From assembly GCA_964016885.1 (NCBI GenBank), contig OZ024743.1, forward strand, positions 212,970,001 through 213,034,000: a stretch of 64,000 nucleotides of DNA. The letters are read 5' to 3'. The notes under the pieces were generated by a model, which saw only the letters and a list, made by a program, of their open reading frames with translations, did not search any database and had not been told where the DNA came from. The number at the start of each line of letters is the position of its first letter. Within the stretch, counting starts at the first letter, position 1. Below, piece by piece: positions 1 through 12,800 of this stretch. A program made the position numbers and the translations under genes. This DNA is from Eledone cirrhosa. Taxonomy: Eukaryota.

Positions 1-112
1 ATATAATATATATAATATATATATAATATATATAATATATATATAATATATATATAATATATATAATATATATATAATATATATATAATATATATATAAT
101 ATATATATATAT

Positions 113-143
<31 letters not shown>

Positions 144-244
144 ATATATATATATATAATATATATATAATATATATATATATAATATGTATATATATAA
201 TATATATATAATATATATATATATAATATATATATATATAATAT

Positions 245-278
<34 letters not shown>

Positions 279-284
279 ATATAT

Positions 285-318
<34 letters not shown>

Positions 319-336
319 ATATATATATATATAAAT

Positions 337-385
<49 letters not shown>

Positions 386-401
386 TATATATAAATATAT
401 A

Positions 402-440
<39 letters not shown>

Positions 441-454
441 TATATATATAATAT

Positions 455-507
<53 letters not shown>

Positions 508-508
508 T

Positions 509-542
<34 letters not shown>

Positions 543-580
543 ATATATATATATATATATAATATATATATATAATATAT

Positions 581-623
<43 letters not shown>

Positions 624-640
624 TAATATATATATATATT

Positions 641-703
<63 letters not shown>

Positions 704-765
704 ATATATATATAATATATATATATAATATATATATATATATAATATATATATATATAATATAT

Positions 766-797
<32 letters not shown>

Positions 798-954
798 ATA
801 TATATATATATATAATATATATATATATAATATATATATATATATAATATATATATATATATAATATATATATATATATAATATATATATATATATTATA
901 TATATATCTATATAATATATATATATATATATAATATATATATATATAATATAT

Positions 955-997
<43 letters not shown>

Positions 998-1040
998 TAT
1001 ATATTATATATATATATATAATATATATAATATATATATA
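1..1040. repeat. Degenerate (TA)n/(TATAA) microsatellite array
   Basis: Almost pure A/T dinucleotide tract. Similar tracts at 1111-1345, 2290-2975, 3082-3190 and 3410-3612. Confidence 0.95.
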
Positions 1041-1260
1041 ATAAATTGAAGTGAAAGCAACTGGTGCGTGTGTTTCTTATTGGCAACATGACCCTCCCAA
1101 AGTATAACAATATATATATATATTATATATATATTATATATATATAATATATATATATATATTATATATATATTATATATTTGATATATATATATATTAT
1201 ATATAATATATATATATATATTATATATATATTATATGTTTCATATATATATATATTATA

Positions 1261-1298
<38 letters not shown>

Positions 1299-1306
1299 TA
1301 TATAAT

Positions 1307-1339
<33 letters not shown>

Positions 1340-1348
1340 TATATTTAT

Positions 1349-2290
1349 TTAGTTGCTCGGGGTCGCTCAGTAGCTGTGTTAAAGTTACAATGTTAAGTTT
1401 CTTTCTTGGCTTAAAAACTGTAGTGTCTACTGTGCATGTGGTGTTTTTGATTAATATTCCCTCAACCAACAATATGCCTTATGAAGTTAAGAAAACATAA
1501 CGATAACCCGAATGTTATAACAAAAGAGGATGCTGGAGATAGAAACTGCACTGGTTATTTATTAACAAAGATCGAAAATGTAAACACTGCAACGCAGAGA
1601 AAAACATTAGCGTAACCAAATTATCAGTTATGTCTGTCTGCACGCCTATATCACCTCTCTGCACGACTGTCTGTCTGCACGCCTATATCACCTCTCTACA
1701 CGACTGTCTGTCTGCACGCCTATATCACCTCTCTGCACGACTGTCTGTCTGCACGCCTATATCACCTCTCTGCACGACTATCTGTCTGCACGCGTATATC
1801 ACCTCTCTGCACGACTGTCTGTCTGCACGCCTAACGACGAAATATTTGCTTGTTTTACGTAGTCTTTAAATAGACTTGTTTTCAAGTAAAAATATTGTTT
1901 TAAAATGCTTTTAAATGGAAATGAAGCAAAACGGAAGTTTAGTGTTCGAACTGATGAATTTTGCAGGACAATATTTTGCTGGCTCGACAACTGTTCGTGT
2001 ATTGTGTTAATGTCATTTTAAACGCTGAGAAAGCCAGCGTAATTTTTTACGTAAGACGCTCAATGTAAACAGAACAAAGGGAAATAACTGATAACTTACT
2101 CTCAAAATCGATACATTATATTCGATTTCGTCACATAGGGTGGGTCAATTTGAAATATTTTTTTCCGATGTCTTCGCTAGGGCTCAATGTACAAGTATAG
2201 CAATTTCCGTGCAATTCCGTGAGAGATTCTAAGAGATGTGTGCCAAAAATCGATAGACAGACAGACAACCACAGTTTTATATATATAGAT
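1349..2290 (-). mobile_element. Non-autonomous Helitron/Helentron-like element with internal minisatellite
   Basis: Minus strand begins A|TCTATATATATAAAA followed by (GTCT)n. The other end has a GC-rich element near 1350-1370. It carries a 37-bp tandem array, an architecture typical of such elements. Confidence 0.5.
1630..1832 (+). repeat. 37-bp minisatellite, about 5.5 copies
   Basis: Unit CTGTCTGTCTGCACGCCTATATCACCTCTCTGCACGA at 1630, 1667, 1704, 1741, 1778 and 1815 (partial). Confidence 0.95.
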
Positions 2291-2446
2291 ATATATATAT
2301 ATAATATATATATGTATAATATATATATATATAATATATATAATATATATATATATATAATATATATATGTATAATATATATATATATAATATATATATA
2401 TATAATATATATAATATATATATATATATAATATATATATATATAT

Positions 2447-2479
<33 letters not shown>

Positions 2480-2514
2480 ATATATATATATATATATGTA
2501 ATATATATATATGT

Positions 2515-2547
<33 letters not shown>

Positions 2548-2603
2548 ATATATATATATAATATATATAATATATATATATATATATATAATATATATAT
2601 ATA

Positions 2604-2646
<43 letters not shown>

Positions 2647-2685
2647 TAATATATATAATATATATATATATATATAATATATATA

Positions 2686-2728
<43 letters not shown>

Positions 2729-3095
2729 TATATATATAATATATATATATATAATATATATATATATATAATATATATATATATATAATATATATATATA
2801 TATATAATATATATATATATATAATATATATATATATATAATATATATATATATATAATATATATATATATATATAATATATATATATATATAATATATA
2901 TATATATATAATATATATATATATATAATATATATATATATATATAATATATATATATATATAATATATATATATCATCATCATCATCATCATTTCATTT
3001 TACGTCCACTTTTCCCTGCTTGCAAGGGTGGGACGGGAACTGATGCTGGCTTGATTTCTACAGCTGGATGCCCTTCCTAACATATATATATATAT

Positions 3096-3163
<68 letters not shown>

Positions 3164-3275
3164 AATATATATATATAATATATATATATGTAGGAGGTGA
3201 GTTTTATTGTAGTACAATAAAGCAATGCAGATATCGGATAAGAAGCACTCTACAGTTTGTAGGACAGGAGTATAC

Positions 3276-3409
3276 ATAATATAAGATCAAAAGATGGTTA
3301 AAGGAGTTCCATGTATTTTATTATGCGCATTTCATGATGATGTTTGTTTTTGAAATGCGCATAATAAAATACATGGAACTCCTTTAACCATCTTTTGATC
3401 TTATATTAT
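3276..3409. repeat. Perfect palindrome, 59-bp arms, 16-nt spacer
   Basis: 3276-3334 is the reverse complement of 3351-3409. Confidence 0.95.
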
Positions 3410-4069
3410 ATATATATATATAATATATATATATATATAATATATAATATATATATATATATAATATATATATATATAATATATATATATAATATATATA
3501 TATATATAATATATATATATATATAATATATATATATATATAATATATATATATATATAATATATATAATATATATATATATATATATAATATACATATA
3601 TATATAATATATATCGTTTCTGAATTTGTTTAGCAAGATTCTTTATCTGAAATCGTGTGTTGAAACCGATATTGTTATACTTTGGGAGGGTCATGTTGCC
3701 AATAAGAAACACACGCACCAGTTGCTTTCACTTCAATTTATTATATATTTATAAATTTATAAATTTACAAATTTACAAACTTATAAATTTCTGGTTGGTT
3801 GGTTGGTTCCACAACCAGATAGTTGTTTATATATAGTCATAGTCCTTTCGTCACACACTCTGTGACCTCTTCAGTGACTGGGGATTCCTTCTTTGTTTCT
3901 GTGCCTTTCCTTTCTTCTATCCTACGCCATTTTGTTTCTGTGTGTGTGTTGTGTGCTCAGTTTGTGCATGCGCCACATCCAGGTGTCTGTGTGTGTTTGT
4001 GTTCATTTATTTATTGTTGGTTGGTTGTTTGTTCTATGTGTGTGTGTGTTTTCATTTTGTCCTGTGTGT

Positions 4070-4720
4070 GTTAAAGCTTCCTTTATACTTTGTGCCAGTA
4101 CTTCCATTACAACTACAAATTGAAGTAGGCTTAATACTGATCCTTGGTGCATCCCTTTACTGTTTCTGTTTGACTTAACGGAATCCACCCTCAGATACAT
4201 TGTCATCACTACACTTACCAACCATTCTTCCACTTCTCTCAATGTCCCTGTCACTACTTATTGTGGAACCCGATTGAAAGCTTTCTCCAGATCAACAAAC
4301 AAGTTTCTCTTGTCTTATACTTCCCACGTATTTGTTTCACAAAACTCATATCAGTACCTCTTTTTTGGCACAAATCCAAACTGCGTTTCATCACTCTCCC
4401 CCACCGATTATTTTCCCTAGCATTTTTTCCAATACCTTCTTTCTATCTGAGTCTACCACAATTTATTCCATTTCCCTCCTGTTACTCACATTTTTCTCTT
4501 GCTAAGAGCTTTGCAATCTTAAATACCTCTCTCTAACTTTGCTCTGACTCCATAAGCTCTCTAGACATTTCCCAAGCTACCTCCTGTGCTTTTTCCAATT
4601 CTTTCTTTATAGCCTTTTGATTCTAAAGAGTTGTCTCTTTGCTACTATACATCTTGCTCTGCCATTCTTGGAATCTCTTCCTTTTCCCATCAATTCTCTT
4701 TTCAACTTCATCACCCCATC
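4070..4720 (-). mobile_element. Degenerate RTE-type LINE RT fragment
   Basis: Translated remnants EEWLVSVVMTMY and GMHQGSVLSLLQFVVVMEVL match the RTE RT seen elsewhere in the window. Confidence 0.7.
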
Positions 4721-6577
4721 ACCAAATAAAAAACGTGAGTATCCAGTTTAGAATAAACCACTAAAATGAGTTGGTGCCAGGAAGGGTGTCTGGTGATAAA
4801 ACATTGCTGCAAAAAGGATCTCATGATGACAAGTGAATAACAAAGAATATATATTGACGGGCGCGTGTTATAAAAAATATTTCCATTGAAGATCATCTAT
4901 ATATTATAGAATTGTTCTGGATTTTTGTTAAAATTATTAATGAGTGCTATATATATGGACCCATAACTCCCAATGGAGTTATAGGAGCACTGTATTGCCA
5001 TACTGTGTTTTTAGGGCATTTTTAAAACCTGGCGGATCCCATCTCCTCTCCAGTTCCGAATACAGCAGATTTCTCCCAGAGAAGGATAGAAAATATGAGA
5101 GAGGAAGTAAGAAAGAGATATGGAGGAAGAATCAACCCCAGTACTAGACTGGTACTTTTGTATTGATATCAAAAAGATGAAAGATAAAGTTGACCTCAGT
5201 GGGATTTGAACACAGAGAGCAGTGAGCCAAAACTAATACCACAAAGCATTCTATCCAACATTCTAATGGCTCTGCTAATTTGCTATCAAAAGTACTAATT
5301 GAACATGCTAATTTATGCATATACATACACAAGTTATGCAAGAGGAAGAAAAGAAAAGACACTTGAACAAACGAGAAACTTTCAACATTGTCTAAACAGT
5401 TTAATAATTATATAACAATTTCCTTCATGTTTCTTTGTTCCTCAATGAAATGGAACCACAAGCAACAAATGTTTTATTTCAAAGCACACAAGTTTAAAAA
5501 TGACATTTGAATTTGTTTTATAAATCTTTGATTTTTAGTGTCACAAAAATTCAGATTTAAAAAGAAAATACAATTCAAAACATTATATATATGTATAAAG
5601 TGTCCGGCTTGGATAAATCATACAATGAATAAGAAATTGTGGGCAAAGACAACGGAAAAACAGACAAATAGTCTCTTCTCATCAGTCAACCTCTGGAGGT
5701 CTTCGTGGTCAGCAATGAAACTATGAAGACCTCTAGAGGTTGACTCCGTTTCGTCCATTGTCTTCGTCCACCATTATTTATATATATATATATATATATA
5801 TAAAAGCAATCACAAAAACACTGATCACATTGTTTAGTAGTAGCCAATGTCATGAAGTGAAGGAAGATCCATATTGAAGTCCTCAATTTGCCTCTCTTAC
5901 ATTTATAGGACTATTTAAACACACTGAGATAGTTCTGATCTGAATTTCAGAAAAATAGAATGAAAAATAATTATAACAATCAGAGAAATGGAATGCAAGA
6001 AGCTACAACTGCCTCCACCATTACTATTACTACTCCTACCATTACCACAGTCAACAATAGAAAGCTGGTAACAACAACATCATTATTATCAGCTAATAAC
6101 CCTAACAATAACATTTCATTAACAATAGACAATACTTTTCTTTCTTATTTTTCCTTTACTTTGAATATATTTTCCTCTGTAAGAACCCCTGTTCTCTAAT
6201 TCTGCAAGAACACACGAGACACAGGAATCTCTCTTTGGAATCATTTCACTATACATAAATTAGATATGTAAATGTGTATTTTTCATACAATGTTATGATG
6301 TCTTTATGGTGTCAGTTCCTTTTATGGTATGTTGATTCAGAACTATGGAAGACCATAAAGTCATCAATTTTAAAATCAGGATTTACAAATAGAAATATTT
6401 GCAAAATTATTTTTATTATTATTATTTTTTTCATGGCCACTCATATTTTGGAAATAATTGCCCTGACATTTGAATTCTAAGTTTTTATTCCTTTTATTCT
6501 ATTTTGAAACTATTGTACAATTATACACATTCACCAGTTACATACATATATATACATACACATGTATATATATATGT

Positions 6578-6663
<86 letters not shown>

Positions 6664-6755
6664 TCTGTTGATGTACATGATGTAGTTTTAAAGAGGCTGA
6701 TGCTTTTGTTTCATTAAAGCTTTTATTATAAAAGCTGCTCAATTATTCTAGCGTA

Positions 6756-6831
6756 TTAACCTTTCACTGCAGTCATTCCAGGCTGTGATGATACTGGTTC
6801 TCTTCCTTCAAGCTGTTTGCCAAGGTATTCC
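6756..6831 (-). CDS. ATP6V1H: ATP6V1H terminal coding exon 14 ([24 protein letters not shown])
   Basis: ttcag acceptor, WEYLGKQL across the junction, TAA at 6756-6758. An AATAAA lies at 6722-6727 (minus). Confidence 0.95.
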
Positions 6832-6844
6832 CTGAAAATTAGAT

Positions 6845-6875
<31 letters not shown>

Positions 6876-9800
6876 TCAGTAATAACATTTCTAGGATAGG
6901 CTCAATGACACAAATTTGAGGAAGGGGTATTTGAACTTGCTCATAAAGAGAAATAACTAAATACTGTCTTCTTGCTCAACTGATTTTGCTCTTATAACAA
7001 TAAAGTAAATAAAACAAGTTTTTTAATATCATAGAGATCACTGTATGAAACACTAGAGAGCTTATCTCACTTCATGACTGAACCTTCCTATTGTTAATCA
7101 ATCAACTATGAATCATGAACAGGAGAAGGAGAGCCCTGCACTTGGTTCAGAGAAGAGAGCTGTGTACTTGGCTGAGGGAGGAAGAATCATGTGTCTGGGT
7201 CAAGGAAGAACTAAAAGTGTAGCAGTCTTGTGTCTGGCTAATGAGTTTCTGGTTCAGGGAGGAAGTGAGAGAGACAAAGACGAGTTGTTATTTGCCTAGC
7301 TCTAGAAGGTAATCTGAGAGGAGATGTGAATCTGGTTAAGAACAAAACTGGCAAGCAAGGGGTAGAGTGAGTCATGCACCTCACTCATTGAAGAGATTCT
7401 TACAAGTGACTCAGAGGAGAAGGTAAGAGAGCTGTGCTCATATTAGGGGAAGCAGAGAGTACATTGAAGTAACTATCGTGGAGTCACAACACAATAGTAA
7501 TAGTAAATAACAAAAACTTTGGAGCATGTGGTCTGTATTACTCCAGCACAGTTACTGTTTCATATAGGCACTGCATATGGTCACTTACTCTGTGTACCTG
7601 GTTTAGGATAGGTACACCATATCCTGCATGTTGTAAAGAGGAGACTAAAAGGGTCCAGTATCAGAAAGGGCATCAGGTCATAAAACATTGTCTCAACCCC
7701 ACCTCCCTCCATGATGAGTATGATTAAACCTTGAACAGGGCTCACAAGGCTAACTCGTACTTTAGAAGGGAAAATGGTCTTAAAATGCTTGTTGTACATG
7801 GCCATCTTAATTCAGATAATAAATAAATATATAGAGTTCTCTTGCTTCATTACTTACCAGTTATGTACCATCAGTTTTTGGACTGCTATGAGGGCTTCAT
7901 AGCGAACATTTGGATCTTCATGTGTGAGGTATTGCATCACAAGTTGTTTGGCACCAAGTTTTTCAATCACACTGAAAAAAAAAAGCCCAAAAACCACAGA
8001 AATGTTACAATTAAAAAAAAAAAAAATACATGTAAAAACAGTGATGAAGATGAAATAAAGCTTATTTCAAGGGAATGGATGAGAAAGTAGGATTTGGAGT
8101 TTGATTTTGCCATATTTCTAATAAAGGCCACTGCTTATGATTTTCAAATAATATCGAAAAAGAAGTTTGAAGGATTTATTAATATAATTGGTTTTCTCAT
8201 TTTGAAGCTGGTGTTTGGAACATAGCTTAAAGGTTTTTAATTAAGATGGAAGGTGTTTAGATAAATATAAACTCTTTAAAACAGTCATGTATTGTAAAAC
8301 TAAGAGTGGTTTGATATTAAAGGGGTTAATTGACTGTATACAACACGACTGCTGATCTAAATGAAGGTAAAAAAATTTGTGGCTGATTTGCCAAGGCAAG
8401 AAATTATCTTTATGTCATTCAGCTGAATAACTAATACACCCTACCACTAATCTTGTACAGATTCTAAACTTCTGAACAAATAATTCTCCCGAAGACAGAC
8501 TTTTTTTGTATATCACTGTACAAGGGTAGACCGAAAAGTTCATAGGTTGACTATGAAGGAGTGATGCTAAAGCTGTGAAATCTTGCATGCATTAATTTCA
8601 ACTCTTCTTATTAATAACAGTAATCAAGCAGGGCTACTGAATTCCCAGACAAGCTGAGGAGTCTGTATCCCACCTACGTATGGTCATATCAAGTACAGAG
8701 ATGTGTCTTTTGACACAAACTAAAAGGTCCTCCTAACCCCTTGTTTGGCAAACTTTCTACGGTTGGATGCTCTTCCTGTCACCAACCACTTTGCGGCATG
8801 TACTGGGTGCTTTTATTGTGTAGATCACCAGCACGAGGGAGGCTGTCACGTCCTTGATACAACTAAAGGGTCCTCGCAATTCTTTGTTTGGTAAGCTTTA
8901 TACAGCTGGATGCCTTTCCTAACACCAACCACTTTAAAATGTGTACTGGTTGCCTTTAATGTGTAGATCACCAGCACTAGGGAGGCTGTCATGTCCTTGA
9001 CACAACTATTAATAAATCAATTGTCTGAAATAATAACTTACTTCTTCCCTCGAGGGTAGTAGCGCACGTATTCACCAAAGTCATGAGCTGCTACAGAGAG
9101 AATAAGTGGATCCTTGCTGCTTTCAAGTAATCGAACTAAGATTCTAGATAAGAAGAAATGAGATATCATTGGAAACAGAAACAAATACAAATATTACATC
9201 TGAAAATAATTTTAGTAAAAAAATATATATTTACAATTGTCATAGTAAAAGTACTAATTAGTAATAAAACACTATTACTAATTAGTACGATCTGGATTGT
9301 GGCATTGATTAATCAAATATTCTTGAGCATATTTTCGTCATTTCTGCTAAGCTCAGGACAGCACACCACGTTTATAAAAATTTTGTTTTACAAAACAGCA
9401 CAGTAGATAAGGCCATTAGAGACAAAAGACTAGCATGGAAGGCTTGGAAAAAGGGTGGGAGTAGGGAAGAATATACAGCCACTAAGAGAGAAGCTAGACG
9501 TCAAGTGTACTTAGCACGCAGGGAGGCTGAGAGTAGGAGGTTTGCCAATGTTCTGCGACGGGAAGATCAGAGGCGTGCGGTGTTCCACATTGCAAGGCAG
9601 TGTGTCAATGCAAATCAGGATGTTGTTGGAGATAAATGTGTCCGGGATGATGCCGGTGTACTTAGTGTCACGAATGATCAGAAAAAGGAGGCCTGGAAAT
9701 GTCATTATGAGAGACTGATGAATGTGGAGAACGAATGGGAGAGAGAGAAATTACCCTTAGTAGATCCAACAGAGGGACCAGCTATTGAGATTGACGAATA

Positions 9801-12800
9801 TAGGGTTAAAGAGGCGATTAGGGAAATGAAAAATGGTAAGGCTGCTAGACCATCGGGAATAGTTACTGAGATGCTGAAGGCATCAGGGGACGTAGGCACT
9901 AAACTGGTTGCATGCATCATCAATCAGGCTATATATGGTGGTGTCACACTCAAAGACTGGTGCAGCAGTATTCTCATAAATTGCTACAAAGGTAAAGGGG
10001 ATGCTCTGGAGAGGAGCAATTATAGGGGTATAAAACTGATGGATCAGGTTATGAAAGTGGCAGAAAGGATATTAGCACAACTAATTAGAGAAAGGATCAA
10101 ACTAGATGAGATGCAGTTTAGTTTTGTGCCTGGGAAGAGTACAACAGATGCCCTCTTCTTGGTGAGACAATTGCAAGGAGGTTCTTAGAGAAAAATAAGC
10201 CACTATACTTAGCCTTTGTTGACCTAGAGAAGGCCTTTGATAGGGTACCCCGATCTGTCATCTGGTGGTCCCTAAGGAAACTATGTGTTGAGGAATGGCT
10301 TGTGAGGACAGTGCAAACTTTGTACAGAGGTACTCTCAGTAAAGTCAGGGTAGGGATGGAGTTTAGTGAGGAATTCCAGATACAAGTAGGAGTACATCAA
10401 GGTTTGGTCCTCAGCCCGCTCTTGTTCATTATAGTCCTCCAAGCCATAACAGAGGAGTTTAAGACTGGCTGTCCATGGGAACTTCTCTATGCTGACGATC
10501 TGGTTCTTATAGCAGAATCAGTAGAGGAGCTAGAGAATAAATTCTGGCTATGGAAAGAGCAGTTGGAAGCCAGAGGACTGAGAGTGAGCCTAGCTAAGAC
10601 AAAAGTGTTGAGTAGAAAAGAGGACAAAACCCCGATTCCGTCAGGGAAATGGCCATGTTCGGTATGCAGAAAAGGAACTGGCATAAATTCTATAAATTGC
10701 ACACAATGCAGATCCTGGGTACACAAGAGATGTAGCGGGATAGCAAGCAAACTAACAGGTAGGGAGAAATATGTATGCAGTAGATGTACAGGGAAATTAG
10801 ACAGTAGAAGTCGCATTGATAGACACATTTTTCAGATGCAGGAGGGTGCTATAGAAGTGGTGGATAGCTTCCGGTACCTAGGAGATCAAATTAGCATGGG
10901 AGGAGGGTGTTCCGAGGCCATAGTATCTAGAATAAGGATGGGTTGGAAGAAGTTTAAGGAGCTGCTTCCTCTGTTGACGAAGAAGGGTTTCTCCCTGCGT
11001 ACGAAAGGCCGGTTGTATGATGCCTGTGTGAGGAGCGCGATGCTGCATGGTAGTGAGACATGGGCAGCAACTGCAGAGGATATGCAACGGCTGGAGAGAA
11101 ATGAAGCAAGCATGCTCCGTTAGATGTGCAGTGTAAATGTGCGTGAACGACCCAGCATAAATGTGTTGAGAGAGAAACTGTGTCTGAGAAGGATAGAATG
11201 TAGTGTACGGGAGAGGAGACTGAAGTGGTATGGACATGTGATGCGCATGGAGGATGACCGATGGGTGAAGAAGTGCCAGTTGAAGGAAGACGTGGTAGAG
11301 GTAGACCACGAAAAACATGGGCGGAGGTGGTGAGAACAGACCTCAGATCATTGAAGCTCACGGTGGAGATGACGAAGGACCGTGACGAGTGGAAAGATGC
11401 TGTGCTGAATAAGACCCGTCCCACCCTTGCAAGCAGGGAAAAGCGGACGTAAAATGATGATGATGATGATTGATGCAAGAGCTGTGAAATCTTGCATGCA
11501 TTAATTTTAACTCTTATTAATAACTGCATTGTTTCTTTCCAGGGACTATATTGAAATATAAATCTCATTTGGTCATTCCATGAGAGTATCTTGGTCAGCC
11601 AATGAATTTTTTCAGCCAACCCTTGTATGTATGTTTAAGCTGATCATCATCCACAAGCCTGGATGGCCTATAAAAGGTAATGACCAGTGGTTATCTCCAG
11701 ATTAACTCATAATAAAAGAAAAAAAAAATCATTGGGTGTTTTTCCAATTATGTGTCAAAGGTATTGTTGAACCTTTGATTCATTGATTTATGTTTACTAA
11801 AACAAACATTTGGATCACAACTGATTTAGAGGTTTCTGACATAATTAGCAGACAATATATGCATGACTAAGACACATACAGATACACACAACATACTTAC
11901 TTAAGAAGCTCATAGTTCTTTTCATTCAATCTCATAGCATTTTCTCGCCAGAAACGGTCAGATCTGTGCACAGGACTCCATTCAAGTCGGCCAGATTTTA
12001 CTTCATTAGAATATTCATCAAATGAACTGAAAATATAAATATATAAAAGTAAATCAACAGGATGAATTTAATTAAAGTTGTTGTTGTTTAACACCGGGTC
12101 AGAATAAACTTAGCGCTTACATTCTTCCAGAAAGTCTATCTAAGAATGTATTATTCAATATTTTGCTTCAAGAATACTTGCGATGTCAGTTTCACTCAAA
12201 ATTTGTAAATCTCAAATTACATATCTTTCTTTTCAGTTTCACAAACTTTATATATAGCCGAATGAAGCAAGTTAGAAGCATGTTATATTATCATCATCAC
12301 CGTTTAATGTCTGATTATATATATGTATATATCAAGCAGGGAAAAGCAGACGTATGATGATGATATATTAATTCCATAATATACAAAATAAAGAAACAGG
12401 AGTTTATACCTCAAGTCTTGGACAGAAGCTAACAATTTCTCTTGCAAGTACTTCAAGTCATCTTCAAACTCTGGGTCTTCATTCTTGCGGGCCTCAATTA
12501 ACTCCAACTGTTTCAGTACTTTACACTGCACCATAGCCAAAGCGTGTTCTTGAATGACATCGGTCTCACTAGTTTTCTCTAGAAGGTTCTGATAGCAAAC
12601 AATCAAGAAAATTTAGTATGACATGATGAAAATCTAGGTCTAGTTGATTGAATTGATGTTAAAAATTGAGTGATACTTACTGGGGAAGAGTTTAAAACCA
12701 AAATATAAAGAGAACTTAACTAAATAACAAATGTGATAGTTACGCCATAACAAAATTTAATAAATTCAGCTACTCCTACTAGAATCATTTTGTGTGCAAA

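Noticed and set aside
1630-1832. 37-bp repeats resembling a CRISPR array
   Set aside because: The units are contiguous with no unique spacers, there are no cas genes, and the context is eukaryotic.
2219-3718. Long I/Y-rich ORFs (also 37031-37321, 47341-48969, 58306-60681)
   Set aside because: These are translations of (TA)n, (CA)n and (TATG)n microsatellites, not genes.
8519-11627. Left and right MITE parts as one element capturing exon 12
   Set aside because: The two pieces overlap in internal sequence, so they are separate truncated copies.
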